A program made the position numbers and the translations under genes. Positions 26,798 to 36,671 of a stretch of DNA of 64,000 nucleotides are shown piece after piece. Source of the DNA: an uncultured Nitrospiraceae bacterium (lineage in GTDB: Bacteria; Nitrospirota; Nitrospiria; Nitrospirales; Nitrospiraceae); NCBI GenBank assembly GCA_963706325.1, contig CAVPLT010000004.1, positions 1,056,001 to 1,120,000 of the forward strand, given 5' to 3'. The notes under the pieces are model-generated. The model was not told the DNA's origin. It worked only from the letters and a program-made list of their open reading frames with translations, and ran no database searches. Position 1 is the stretch's first letter; the number at the start of each line of letters is the position of its first letter.

Positions 26798-26821
26798 GCG
26801 GACTGGTCCTAGGAGGGTAAC

Positions 26822-27181
26822 ATGGTCCCAGACGTATCAAAAGGTGCGGATCTCCTCGCAAACAATAGTCATGCGAGCCAGAATGCTCCGCAGCATACCC
26901 CTGTGCGGAAAGCAGAGGAATGGGTCCCCGAACCGCAGTCCCCTAGGGTTGCGGTCAACAAGCAAGAACTCGAACAGGCCCTCACGCGGGTGCGTGAGGT
27001 CTTTCAAAAAGCCGATTCCCGCGTGGAGTTTTCGATCGATCCCGATCTTGATCGGGTGGTGGTCAAAATCATGGACGGGGAATCAGGCACCGTGATCCGC
27101 CAGATTCCGCAAAAGGAAGTCCTCGAGCTTGCAAAGAGCTTAGAGGCTCCAACTGGATTATTGCTGCACCAGAAGGGGTAG
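26822..27181 (+). CDS. flaG: Flagellar protein FlaG
   Basis: VEFSIDPDLDRVVVKIMDGESGTVIRQIP; between fliC and fliD. Confidence 0.92.
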   Translation: MVPDVSKGADLLANNSHASQNAPQHTPVRKAEEWVPEPQSPRVAVNKQELEQALTRVREVFQKADSRVEFSIDPDLDRVVVKIMDGESGTVIRQIPQKEVLELAKSLEAPTGLLLHQKG

Positions 27182-27207
27182 CAATACCACGACATGAAAG
27201 GGATGTC

Positions 27208-28590
27208 ATGGCGATTAGCTTCGGGGGATTAGGCAATGGCGTGGACTTTGGCCAAGTCGTCACAGAGTTGGTCAAAGTCCAACGTCAGCCGATAGATAAA
27301 CTGACCGCGGCGAAACTAGATCTGCAGAAAAAACTCACCGACTACGGCCAACTTGGCACCAAGCTATTAGCCCTTCAAAGCGCCGCGAGTCAGTTACGCC
27401 TTCCCAGCAGCTTTGACCAGTCAACCAGCACCGTAAGTAATGAAAGCGTTCTGAACGCTCAGTCTTCTGCCGGCGCGGGCACAGGAAGTTATACTGTGCA
27501 GGTTACTCAGCTTGCCAAGGCCAACCAAATTACGAATAAGGCCGCGAAGGCAGTGTCGAATACGACCGATGCCATCGTGTCGGGCGGTGCCGGAACCTTT
27601 ACCTTTAAAGTTGGCTCAGGTACCAATCAAGTGGTGACGCTCAAGGATGGTGCGACACTCGATGACCTCCGTTCCGCCATCAACGATCTTGGAGCCGGCG
27701 TCACCGCCTCTGTGATCAATACCGGCACGGAGTCGAGTCCCGCCTATCGACTGACACTCACCGCGACCAGTTCAGGCGCAAGCAACTCTATTTCGATCGT
27801 GACTGATACGACATCGCTCGACTTCCTCAATGGAAGCGGGACGGGTGGTTCCGACACTTTACAGGCGGGGCAAAATGCCATCCTGGTAATCGGCGATCCG
27901 GATCAGACCCCGATCACCATTCAGAGAGAGAGCAATGTGGTGACTGATGCCATCCCCGATGTCACCCTGACATTAAAGTCGAAGACGACGACCGACCCCG
28001 TCACGGTTAATATCAATTCAGATCCTGAGCGCGTCAAGACCAATATCAAGAATCTGGCGACTGCATACAATGATATCGTCAAATTTATCAATGAACGCAC
28101 CGCCTACGATGTGACGACTAAAACGGGCGGCGATTTTTTCAATGAAAGCACCGCAAAGGGCGTGCTTACCCGGTTACGCAGCGCTCTCACGAGCCAAGTG
28201 AGCGGGAACTCCGCATTTCAGACCTTGGGACAAATCGGATTCAAAACCGAACGCGACGGCACGATGACTATTGACGAAGCCAAGTTGGACTCGGCACTGG
28301 CGAGTAATTATTCTGCAACGAAATCACTCTTTGTGACTCAGCCGACTTCGACAGGCATCGCCCAGCAAATTACGCAAGTGGTGGATCTCTTGGATAGCGT
28401 CGATACAGGAGCCTTTACGATTCGAAAAAATGCGATTACTGATCAAATCACTCGAATGACGGCCGAAATAGCCCGCAAAGAAACTATTTCGAGTCAATAC
28501 GAAGAGCGCCTTCGACTTCAATACGCGTCTCTAGATGGTCTGCTTCAACAAATGCAAGCACAAACCAGCTCACTACAGCAGCTGAGATAA
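27208..28590 (+). CDS. fliD: Flagellar filament cap protein
   Basis: ISFGGLGNGVD, VTQLAKA, SNVVTDAIPDVTLTL, C-terminal QYASLD. Confidence 0.95.
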   Translation: MAISFGGLGNGVDFGQVVTELVKVQRQPIDKLTAAKLDLQKKLTDYGQLGTKLLALQSAASQLRLPSSFDQSTSTVSNESVLNAQSSAGAGTGSYTVQVTQLAKANQITNKAAKAVSNTTDAIVSGGAGTFTFKVGSGTNQVVTLKDGATLDDLRSAINDLGAGVTASVINTGTESSPAYRLTLTATSSGASNSISIVTDTTSLDFLNGSGTGGSDTLQAGQNAILVIGDPDQTPITIQRESNVVTDAIPDVTLTLKSKTTTDPVTVNINSDPERVKTNIKNLATAYNDIVKFINERTAYDVTTKTGGDFFNESTAKGVLTRLRSALTSQVSGNSAFQTLGQIGFKTERDGTMTIDEAKLDSALASNYSATKSLFVTQPTSTGIAQQITQVVDLLDSVDTGAFTIRKNAITDQITRMTAEIARKETISSQYEERLRLQYASLDGLLQQMQAQTSSLQQLR

Positions 28591-28605
28591 CTACGAAGGC
28601 CAACC

Positions 28606-28998
28606 ATGATTGCCAATGCCGCCAATGCGTATCAGCAGACTCAGGTGATGACCGCGAACCGGGTGCAGTTGATCGTGCTGCTCTATGACTCCGCGATTCA
28701 GTCTTTGGAATTGGCCCGAGAAGCCATTCTCACCAACAACTACAAAGACAAAGCCCGTTTTCTCGACCGCAGCATTGCCATTGCAGGGGAACTGTCCAGT
28801 GTCTTAGATTTTGAACGGGGAGGAGAGATTGCCGTCTCGTTGCATCGACTCTACGATTACATTGTGCAGCAGTGCATTCAAGCCAATCTACGGCACAATG
28901 GCAAACAGCTGGATGGCCCGATACGTTGCCTGGGCACATTGCGCGAGGGCTGGCAGGTCGTGGCTCGCCAGGAAGCGGTGGCCCATGCCGGCAGCTAG
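28606..28998 (+). CDS. fliS: Flagellin export chaperone
   Basis: AYQQTQVMTA, LIVLLYD, LDFERGGEIA, LYDY, LREGW. Confidence 0.95.
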   Translation: MIANAANAYQQTQVMTANRVQLIVLLYDSAIQSLELAREAILTNNYKDKARFLDRSIAIAGELSSVLDFERGGEIAVSLHRLYDYIVQQCIQANLRHNGKQLDGPIRCLGTLREGWQVVARQEAVAHAGS

Positions 28999-29329
28999 GC
29001 ACACTTCTACGCTCCAACCCAATGGTGCCCAGGCCATCGAGCTTCTTACACAAGAAGCCTTTGAGGCATCACAAGAAGGCGATTGGGATCGAGTAGCCAC
29101 CTGCTACGAGAGTCGAGGAATCACCCTGCAAACATGTGTTATTGATCAGGCATTGGCACACCGTGTCATGACTCAGGACGAACAAGTCCGTGCAGCGGTA
29201 CTGGTGGCGCAAGCCGCTTTATCCAGTTTGCTTGCTGACGCCGCGCAGGTGACACATCAACTTCGACGTCTGCGGGAGAGCGTAGGACACGTGTCCTCGG
29301 GACAGGAAACAATGCACCGTGAAGCCTAA
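28985..29329 (+). CDS. FliT-like helical protein
   Basis: Overlaps the fliS end; GDWDRV...R helical pattern; occupies the usual fliT position. Confidence 0.55.
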   Translation: MPAARHTSTLQPNGAQAIELLTQEAFEASQEGDWDRVATCYESRGITLQTCVIDQALAHRVMTQDEQVRAAVLVAQAALSSLLADAAQVTHQLRRLRESVGHVSSGQETMHREA

Positions 29330-29606
29330 CTTCTCCATATTCCATCCGGCGTCTGCCGATACACCTCATCTCCTGACTCCGCTGGAAACGATACTGATCA
29401 GTCCTATTCTAACTAGCGCGCGAAATGCCACGGAAGGCAGATAGTGTACCACGCAATTCAGGCAAGCTTGAGATGGAAGAATAGCATGCGTCGCGCGCCG
29501 CTCATCGATGAGCGTTCTGCATCAGCCGGAAACCACGGTTGGGCGCGACACACTTTTAACCTTCTACAAGCCGAGCCACATCGCTATCCATAGACGAGGC
29601 GCTTTC

Positions 29607-30218
29607 ATGACTTCTCCGAGGGACATACCGGGCGCATTTGCTCACATGGAAGCCAAGAACGAAGAGCGGCGGGAATGGTTGCGCATTGACGATCGACTGC
29701 TCCTGGAGTATCGACTGGTCGATGAGCCTGCAGAAGCGATGAATCATTACCTTCCCCCTGCTACCGAAGACACTATCGCCACGGCCGTTTCGAAGCCAAC
29801 GATAGATTTGTTGGCTGGGGCGGGCGAAACCTTCGCGGGTTCTCCCTTGTTGCCCTGGGTGTCGAAGATCGACTGGATGCTCGAAACGATTCTGAAGTCG
29901 CTTGCCAAAGGCCACCCCGGAAGTGTGCAAATTGCACGATTGACCGAAGTGGATATCAGTGCCGGCGGTGTGGGTTTCAACACTCCACGCCACTTCCAGT
30001 CAGATGACGTGTTGGTCCTCAAGCTCATTCTTCCGCCGTTCAGTATGATTGAGGCGACCGCTCGGATTATTCGAGTGGCTGGGGCAGGGAAGGGAGAGAC
30101 AGGATACCATGTTGCGACGCAGTTTATTGATCTGGCGGGCGACGACCAGGAACTGATCATTCGTCACATTCTTCAGGTGCAAGCGGAACGTTTGCGGGCA
30201 AGAAGAGCGGCCCACTGA
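29607..30218 (+). CDS. PilZ-domain c-di-GMP receptor
   Basis: ERREWLR (RxxxR) and DISAGG (DxSxxG); start codon uncertain (29607 or 29646). Confidence 0.85.
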   Translation: MTSPRDIPGAFAHMEAKNEERREWLRIDDRLLLEYRLVDEPAEAMNHYLPPATEDTIATAVSKPTIDLLAGAGETFAGSPLLPWVSKIDWMLETILKSLAKGHPGSVQIARLTEVDISAGGVGFNTPRHFQSDDVLVLKLILPPFSMIEATARIIRVAGAGKGETGYHVATQFIDLAGDDQELIIRHILQVQAERLRARRAAH

Positions 30219-30230
30219 GCGCGCTTCTTG

Positions 30231-31166
30231 TCAGGCGGCCTGTCCTGGCACCGGAGCCCCGGACAGGACAGGTTCTATGGCAGGACAGGTAATGATGCCT
30301 AGCAACTTCTGCGCCGCTTGCTCAAGAGCCAGTGAAGCAGGTGCTGTCGGCTCAAACTCAACCACTGGCAGATAACTGCGAACCGCACGAGTCATTGCCG
30401 AATCGTCCGGAATCTCGCCCAGCATCGTCAGATCTCCCCCGACATACTCCTTCAGTAATTTCTTCAACTGCAGCACGTTGACCCGGGACTTACCGGACAC
30501 GCGGTTGACGATGAGGTGGGGTTGAAACCCCTGCAGCGTTCGGCTCGCAGTCTCTCGGGCGTTCGGGTCCGTCTCTTCGACAGCCTGGATGACCTGCTCA
30601 ATACTGGAAAAGTCGCGATCGGAAAGCGCCTCGCTGACCGCATCCCGCGACAAAAACGCCGACAGAACCCGGCGAATGGCTGCCAGCTTGATGAAACGAT
30701 AGAGGTCGAGGACAGAGGTCGGATCCGGAGTGGCCACCGTTAGGTAATGATCGGCCATAAGGAAGAAGTCCAGCGCATGGTAACTGGTCCCTGCGCCGAT
30801 GTCGACGAGGATAACATCCGCTTGGAGCTGTCGAAAGTGACGGATCAGTCGTTTTTTTTTGGCATAGGGAAGATTCGCCGTAGCCAAGGTGTCGCCCGTG
30901 CCGGGAATCAAGTGGAGGAAGGGATGCGCCGAGACAGGCTGAAGAACATCCTCAAGGCGTTCGACACGACGTTCAATAAAATCGGTCAAGGTGCGGGGAG
31001 GGTGCAACATGCCGAACAATATATGGGCATCAGCTCCCCCCACGTCTAGATCGGCCAACACCACCCGCTTGCCCTGCTTTGCCAGCAACATCGATAGGTT
31101 TGCGGCCACCACGCTTTTACCAACACCACCCTTCCCTGAACCGACTGACACGATTGTCGTCGCCAT
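30231..31166 (-). CDS. MinD/FlhG-like ATPase
   Basis: IVSVGSGKGGVGKS deviant Walker A, DLDVGG, DIGAG, PDPTS; start set at MATTIV, downstream of the promoter. Confidence 0.88.
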   Translation of the reverse strand: MATTIVSVGSGKGGVGKSVVAANLSMLLAKQGKRVVLADLDVGGADAHILFGMLHPPRTLTDFIERRVERLEDVLQPVSAHPFLHLIPGTGDTLATANLPYAKKKRLIRHFRQLQADVILVDIGAGTSYHALDFFLMADHYLTVATPDPTSVLDLYRFIKLAAIRRVLSAFLSRDAVSEALSDRDFSSIEQVIQAVEETDPNARETASRTLQGFQPHLIVNRVSGKSRVNVLQLKKLLKEYVGGDLTMLGEIPDDSAMTRAVRSYLPVVEFEPTAPASLALEQAAQKLLGIITCPAIEPVLSGAPVPGQAA

Positions 31167-31207
31167 ACGTACCGGTCCCTCGCGCTTGGGTGAGTTCACC
31201 ATTCCTT

Positions 31208-31235
31208 CTTTCGGTCCCGAGGTGACAAAACATGA
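31208..31235 (-). promoter_or_regulatory. Sigma28-type promoter for the FlhG-like gene
   Basis: Minus strand TCATG-N15-ACCGAAAG. Confidence 0.45.
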
Positions 31236-31329
31236 GCGGAGGTACTGCCGAATGCCTGGATAGTCCGCGGGGCAACCAGCCGCTGAACCAATGGGTCCTA
31301 TTTCACCCCATTCTCCACAAACTGGCAAC

Positions 31330-31357
31330 TAAAGTTTGAGACGGCGCCCACCGATAG
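31330..31357 (+). promoter_or_regulatory. Sigma28-type promoter for the HTH-che operon
   Basis: TAAAG-N15-ACCGATAG (TAAAGTTT extended -35). Confidence 0.7.
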
Positions 31358-31367
31358 CATATCCGTC

Positions 31368-31598
31368 ATGAACAACGCCATCGCAGCAACAACCAAAGTC
31401 AATGTCGAGAGTGCACCGTCTACGGAGAACGAGATTTTGACCGTGACGGAGGTCGCGCGATTTTTGCGCGTGCCAAAGTCCACGGTGTATAAGCTCGCCC
31501 GCTTGGGGCAGCTTCCCGCATCTAAAATCGGGAAACATTGGCGATTTCTCAGGCGTGACATTCACGATTGGATGCACAACCGGACCCAACAAAACTGA
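31368..31598 (+). CDS. Excisionase-like (HTH_17) small DNA-binding protein
   Basis: ILTVTEVARFLRVPKSTVYKLARLGQLPASKIGKHWRF. Confidence 0.9.
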   Translation: MNNAIAATTKVNVESAPSTENEILTVTEVARFLRVPKSTVYKLARLGQLPASKIGKHWRFLRRDIHDWMHNRTQQN

Positions 31599-31710
31599 TC
31601 CCTCTCGAGGGAGTGCAGTATGTCGGGTCGGGCAGCACCACCAGACGCTCGGATATCCAAAGGGTCCGAGGCAGGGTCCTATCACCTGAATGGGTTAGGA
31701 GAGGCAGTCA

Positions 31711-32574
31711 ATGGCCGACATAAATACCCTGAGGAAAACGGACGCGCCCGCACCTAAATTGACGGCCGAGACATTCAAACAGCTGGGGGATCTGATCTAC
31801 GAAATGACCGGCATTCATTTTCAGGATAACAAAACCTATCTTTTGGAAAGCCGGTTGTTGCCTCGCTTGAAAGCCTGTCGATGTCAAACCTTCGAGAGCT
31901 ATCTCAACTACCTGCGCTTCGATGCGTATCGGGATCGCGAAGTCACCGAACTTTACACGGTCATCACCACGAACGAGACGTACTTTTTCCGCGACGAAGC
32001 CCAGCTGGAAAGCTTTATGAAGGTCATGATTCCAGAAGTCATGAAGACGAACGCGGCAACCAAACAAATCCGCATCTGGAGCGCCGCCTGTTCGACTGGA
32101 GATGAACCCTATACGTTGGCATTGTTACTGCGTGATTATCCGCCCCTGAACGGCTGGAGCATCGACATACTGGCTACGGACATCAGCGAAAATGTATTAA
32201 ATATCGCCCGAGCAGCCACTTACAGCTCACATTCACTGCGCAAAGTTCCGCCGGCCATGATCGCCAAGTATTTCACCGGGAAGAAAGAGCAGCAAACCCT
32301 CGTCCCGCAGGTGAAAGACATGGTGCGATTCATGAACGTGAATCTGTACGACCGTCCGAGACTCAAACTGGTGCGAGGTATCGATATCGTGTTTTGCCGT
32401 AACTGCCTCATCTATTTTGACGACAAGGCGAAAGCGCAGATTGTCTCCGACTTGCGCGATGCCTTGCGCCCGAAAGGGTTTTTGATGATCGGGTTTTCCG
32501 AGACGTTGCACGACAAGACCGGGCACTTCCGAGCTATTCATGCAGGCCGTTCCGTTATTCATGAGAAACAGTAG
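31711..32574 (+). CDS. cheR: Chemotaxis methyltransferase
   Basis: [37 protein letters not shown]. Confidence 0.96.
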   Translation: MADINTLRKTDAPAPKLTAETFKQLGDLIYEMTGIHFQDNKTYLLESRLLPRLKACRCQTFESYLNYLRFDAYRDREVTELYTVITTNETYFFRDEAQLESFMKVMIPEVMKTNAATKQIRIWSAACSTGDEPYTLALLLRDYPPLNGWSIDILATDISENVLNIARAATYSSHSLRKVPPAMIAKYFTGKKEQQTLVPQVKDMVRFMNVNLYDRPRLKLVRGIDIVFCRNCLIYFDDKAKAQIVSDLRDALRPKGFLMIGFSETLHDKTGHFRAIHAGRSVIHEKQ

Positions 32575-32585
32575 GAGGAGTACTC

Positions 32586-32966
32586 ATGCCAGCTGATCCA
32601 AATATGAAGATTCTCGTCGTGGATGACATGTCAACCATGCGACGTATCGTCAAGAATATCCTCAAGCAACTGGGCTTTAATAATTTGGAAGAAGCCGAAA
32701 ATGGCCAGGAAGCCTTGACCAAGTTAAAGGCCGACACGTACGGCTTCGTGGTGTCCGACTGGAATATGCCGATCATGATGGGGATCGACATGCTGCGCGC
32801 CATCCGCGCCGATGAGAAGCTGAAGAAAATTCCCGTCTTGATGGTCACGGCGGAAGCGCAAAAAGAAAATCTGATGGAAGCTGTGCAAGCCGGGGTCAGC
32901 AACTATGTCGTCAAACCGTTCACTGCTGAGACGATGCAAGAAAAGATCAATAAGATTTTCAAGTAA
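32586..32966 (+). CDS. cheY: Chemotaxis response regulator
   Basis: [34 protein letters not shown]. Confidence 0.97.
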   Translation: MPADPNMKILVVDDMSTMRRIVKNILKQLGFNNLEEAENGQEALTKLKADTYGFVVSDWNMPIMMGIDMLRAIRADEKLKKIPVLMVTAEAQKENLMEAVQAGVSNYVVKPFTAETMQEKINKIFK

Positions 32967-32979
32967 TCGTCTCTAACCA

Positions 32980-33642
32980 GTGAGGGTGATGATGGCACAA
33001 CCACGAGGCGCAGCGCAGTCGCGAGACGAAATGGACGACCCTGAAGCGGACGGGAAGGCGCCGGACACCAAGCTCTACGAGGAACTCGGTGAGCTCGCAA
33101 GATTTATCGATACCACGATGAAGACCCTGTCTGAATTCAGCGCCCCGGTCAATGCTTCGACGGAACAACTGCCTCAGGCGCAGACCCACCTCCTGAATCT
33201 CAAGACTCAGACCGAACAGGGTACCCATAGGGTCATGCTTGAAGTAGAGGCCATCCAGGACAATCACACCCGGATCAGCAACATGCTGAAGGAACTGACG
33301 CAGGGACTGCAGCATGCGCAGGTGGCCCCTGGACTCATACAACAGGCAAACAAAATAGGACAGCAGCTCGGACAAGACGACAAACGATTGCTTGACATCA
33401 TGACGGCGTTATCGTTCCAGGATTTGGTTGCGCAGAGTGTCAACAAACTCGTGACGATTCTCGACGAAGTCGAACATAAATTGCTACAGCTCGTGGTGGT
33501 GTTCGGCCCTTATCAAAAGCAGGCCGCCAAAAAAGATCAAAGCAAAGCCACTGAGATGCTGAAACAGTTGGAAGCGACTAAGAATACCTCGATGGATCAG
33601 GATTTGGCCGATGAGATTCTCAAGCAATTCGGTTTTAACTGA
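32980..33642 (+). CDS. cheZ: CheY-P phosphatase CheZ
   Basis: LSFQDLVAQ (DxxxQ) and C-terminal DQDLADEILKQFGF; start codon uncertain. Confidence 0.9.
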   Translation: MRVMMAQPRGAAQSRDEMDDPEADGKAPDTKLYEELGELARFIDTTMKTLSEFSAPVNASTEQLPQAQTHLLNLKTQTEQGTHRVMLEVEAIQDNHTRISNMLKELTQGLQHAQVAPGLIQQANKIGQQLGQDDKRLLDIMTALSFQDLVAQSVNKLVTILDEVEHKLLQLVVVFGPYQKQAAKKDQSKATEMLKQLEATKNTSMDQDLADEILKQFGFN

Positions 33643-33651
33643 GGTGGGGTT

Positions 33652-35541
33652 ATGAGCGATGAAATGCAGGAAATACTCAACGACTTTCTGACGGAATCGA
33701 ATGAAATGCTGGAGGTGTTAGACCAGCGCTTCGTCACCCTCGAATCCGATCCCAACAACACCGACCTCCTGAACGAGATCTTTCGTGCCATGCATAGCAT
33801 GAAAGGGTCGGCCGGCTTTCTCGGATTCAATCATTTAGTCAACGTAGCCCATCGCGGAGAAAACATTCTGAACAAGCTCCGCCAGGGTGACATGGCTGTC
33901 AGCCCGACGATCATTAGCGTCATCCTCGAGACCATTGACGTCATTAAGGCCATCATGGCCGACATTCGCGCAACCGGCACAGACACCCATGTCGCCACGG
34001 ACGCCATCGCGGCCACTTTGGACGCTATCCTTAATGGCAATAGCAGCGCAGCCGCGCCACCCGTGACATCCTCGGCGACCCCGAGCGGGGCCACAGCGCC
34101 GGCGCCGTCAATTGCTCCGGCCCATTCTGTAGAACCTGCACAGACATTAGGTGAAATCCTGGTGAACGAGGGCTTGGCGTCGAAGGATCAAGTACTGGAC
34201 GCCCTCAACGCCCAACAGCATCAGCCGGACCCGAAGACGCCTCTGGGCGAAATTCTCTTGCAGGCCAAAGCGATCACCGAACGCGCGCTGGACCAGGCGC
34301 TTCATAAACAGGAGAAGCAACCCAAGCCGGCTGAAGAAGACGCCACCATCCGGGTGGAAACGAAGCGCCTCGACAGTGTGATGAATCTGGTCGGCGAATT
34401 GGTCTTAGGTCGCAATCGATTGATCAAGATAGGCACCCAACTAGAACAGAATCATGAGTCCGATCCTCAGGTCCGGGTGTTGAGCGAAACCCTCGCGCAG
34501 CTGAATTTGGTGACGACCGATTTACAGTTGGCCGTCATGAAAACCCGCATGCTCCCGATCAAAAAAGTGTTTGCAAAGCTGCCCCGAATGGTCCGCGACC
34601 TGTCGCAGAAACTCAATAAACAGGTCCGTCTGGAAATGCGCGGCGAAGAGACTGAGCTCGACAAGTCCGTCGCCGACGAAATCGGCGATCCGCTGGTGCA
34701 CTTGGTGCGCAATGCGATCGACCACGGTATCGAAACTCCCGTGGAGCGACAGGCCAAAGGAAAACCTGGCGAAGGACAGTTGACCATTGCCGCGAGCCAG
34801 GAAGGCAACAGCATTGTTATCCGCATTAACGATGACGGGCGCGGGATTCCAGTCGACAAGATCAAAGCCAAGGCCCTCGCCAAAGGACTGATTAGCGAGG
34901 CCGAACTGGCGACCATGGAGCATCGCGAAGTCTTGAACCTCATCTTCCTGCCGGGGTTCAGCACAGCCGAGCAAGTCACGGATGTCTCCGGGCGTGGCGT
35001 CGGGATGGACGTCGTGCGAACCAACATTCGCAAGATCAACGGCAGTGTGGATCTCGAATCTGAACCGGGCAAGGGAAGCCAGATTATCATTAAGCTGCCT
35101 TTGACGATCGCGATTATTCAGGCGTTGATGGTGGAAGTCGAGCAGTCCATTTTCGCTATCCCGCTGAGTACTGTCATCGAAGCAGTGCGCATTTCTCGCA
35201 CCGACATCAAGACCATCAATGGGCGAGAAGTGCTGCACCTGCGGGATCGCGTGCTGCCACTCATTCGCCTGGCGCAGGAGTTTGACATTCCGACAAACTC
35301 CGAGCGCGAGCGGTTTTACGTTGTGGTGGCCGCCTTGGGCGACCGACGTGTCGGGGTCGTGGTGGATGAACTGCGCTCCCAGGAGGAAGTCGTCATCAAG
35401 TCTATCTGGGACTATCTCGAAACCGTCAAAGGGGTATCCGGCGCCACGATTACCGGCGAGGGCAAGGTCGTGCTCATTCTGGACACCTCGGAATTGGTCC
35501 AGAATGCGCGAGCCTGGCATAACAGTGGGGTTGCGGCCTGA
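33652..35541 (+). CDS. cheA: Chemotaxis histidine kinase
   Basis: IFRAMHSMKG (P1), IRVETKRLD (P3), HLVRNAIDHGIE, SGRGVGMDVV (P4), CheW-like P5. Confidence 0.97.
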   Translation: MSDEMQEILNDFLTESNEMLEVLDQRFVTLESDPNNTDLLNEIFRAMHSMKGSAGFLGFNHLVNVAHRGENILNKLRQGDMAVSPTIISVILETIDVIKAIMADIRATGTDTHVATDAIAATLDAILNGNSSAAAPPVTSSATPSGATAPAPSIAPAHSVEPAQTLGEILVNEGLASKDQVLDALNAQQHQPDPKTPLGEILLQAKAITERALDQALHKQEKQPKPAEEDATIRVETKRLDSVMNLVGELVLGRNRLIKIGTQLEQNHESDPQVRVLSETLAQLNLVTTDLQLAVMKTRMLPIKKVFAKLPRMVRDLSQKLNKQVRLEMRGEETELDKSVADEIGDPLVHLVRNAIDHGIETPVERQAKGKPGEGQLTIAASQEGNSIVIRINDDGRGIPVDKIKAKALAKGLISEAELATMEHREVLNLIFLPGFSTAEQVTDVSGRGVGMDVVRTNIRKINGSVDLESEPGKGSQIIIKLPLTIAIIQALMVEVEQSIFAIPLSTVIEAVRISRTDIKTINGREVLHLRDRVLPLIRLAQEFDIPTNSERERFYVVVAALGDRRVGVVVDELRSQEEVVIKSIWDYLETVKGVSGATITGEGKVVLILDTSELVQNARAWHNSGVAA

Positions 35542-35635
35542 GGAGAATCTGAAGCGTCGTTCGTGATGTGTCCGACCCTGCAGCCGAGGGCCGCTTTACG
35601 AACGACGAATCGAGTCCGAAAGAATCGGAGGAAGT

Positions 35636-36616
35636 ATGTCGACTCTCATCAATGAAATCGATGCTCGGACCCGGCTCGCCGGCGCGAACCAGATGGAGCT
35701 ATTGCTGTTCAAGCTGGGGACCAACGAAATCTTCGGGATCAACGTCTTCAAGGTCCGCGAAGTCATGAAATTGCCGGAACTCACACAAATCCCGGAAGCG
35801 GATAACCGCATTGTAGGCATGGCCAACATTCGGGGAATTATGGTTCCGGTCGTGGGTCTCAAGCGCAGTTTGGGCTTGGGAGCGGAGGGGGAGGGGCAAC
35901 CGGGATCCGCCACCGCGCATCCCTACCTGATCGTGTCCGAATACAATGGGAGCCTACAGGGGTTCCTCGTGGCAGGAGTCGATCGCATCATTCGCTTCTC
36001 CTGGTCCGCCATTAAGACGCCTCCGGCGATCGTCAGGGAAAATAACAAGGGCGCGGTCACGGCCGTCACGATGTTGGACGACGGTCGCATGGTGTTGATT
36101 CTCGACGTCGAAAAAGTCCTGAACGATATTTGTCCCCGCTCGGATGATGAGGTCTTTGCCGGTATGGTGGCCACGCCGGCGCTCAAATCTAAGTGCATGT
36201 TGTTTGCCGACGATTCCTCGGTGGCCCGCACCCAAATTCGCAAGGCCCTGGAACGTCTCGAGATGTCCTACATCATGACTACGACGGGGGGCGAGGCCTG
36301 GACAAAACTGCAAGCCCTCGCGGATCAGGCCACTGCTGAAGGCAAAGAACGCGTGGATCAGATCCAATGCATCTTGAGCGACATTGAGATGCCGGAGATG
36401 GATGGTTTTACCTTGACGAAACACATTCGCGCCGACCCGAGGCTCGCGCACTTGCCCGTCATGCTCCATTCCTCCTTGACGGGAGCGTGCAATATGGAAA
36501 AAGGCAAAGCGGTCGGCGCCACTGACTACATCACCAAATTTGACGCCAAAATGCTGGGCGAAAAACTTTCTTTATACGTTGGGCAAGAACTGCCACAGGC
36601 CAGCAAGGCCGCCTAA
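35636..36616 (+). CDS. cheV: CheW-REC coupling protein
   Basis: FGINVFKVREV CheW domain followed by REC (ADDS, SDIEMPEMDG, HSSL). Confidence 0.93.
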   Translation: MSTLINEIDARTRLAGANQMELLLFKLGTNEIFGINVFKVREVMKLPELTQIPEADNRIVGMANIRGIMVPVVGLKRSLGLGAEGEGQPGSATAHPYLIVSEYNGSLQGFLVAGVDRIIRFSWSAIKTPPAIVRENNKGAVTAVTMLDDGRMVLILDVEKVLNDICPRSDDEVFAGMVATPALKSKCMLFADDSSVARTQIRKALERLEMSYIMTTTGGEAWTKLQALADQATAEGKERVDQIQCILSDIEMPEMDGFTLTKHIRADPRLAHLPVMLHSSLTGACNMEKGKAVGATDYITKFDAKMLGEKLSLYVGQELPQASKAA

Positions 36617-36629
36617 CCGACCAGCTCAC

Positions 36630-36657
36630 TCAAGCTTTCACAGCAGACGGCCGATCT
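36630..36657 (+). promoter_or_regulatory. Internal sigma28-type promoter for cheB-MCP-cheW
   Basis: TCAAG-N15-GCCGATCT, 14 nt before the cheB ATG. Confidence 0.6.
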
Positions 36658-36671
36658 AGCACACAGACGTT

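Noticed and set aside
29520..29585. Possible c-di-GMP-I (GEMM) riboswitch before the PilZ gene
   Set aside because: Only a loose GAAA stem and GGGCGC; the conserved GGCAAACC/CGCAAAGC core is missing
31368..31598. Prophage/ICE excisionase marking a mobile element
   Set aside because: No integrase, att repeat or phage genes; embedded in chemotaxis genes
35595..35622. Weak sigma28-like sites before cheV (also 29335-29362, 46557-46584 and 48999-49026)
   Set aside because: Too many mismatches in the -35 or -10 to call by eye
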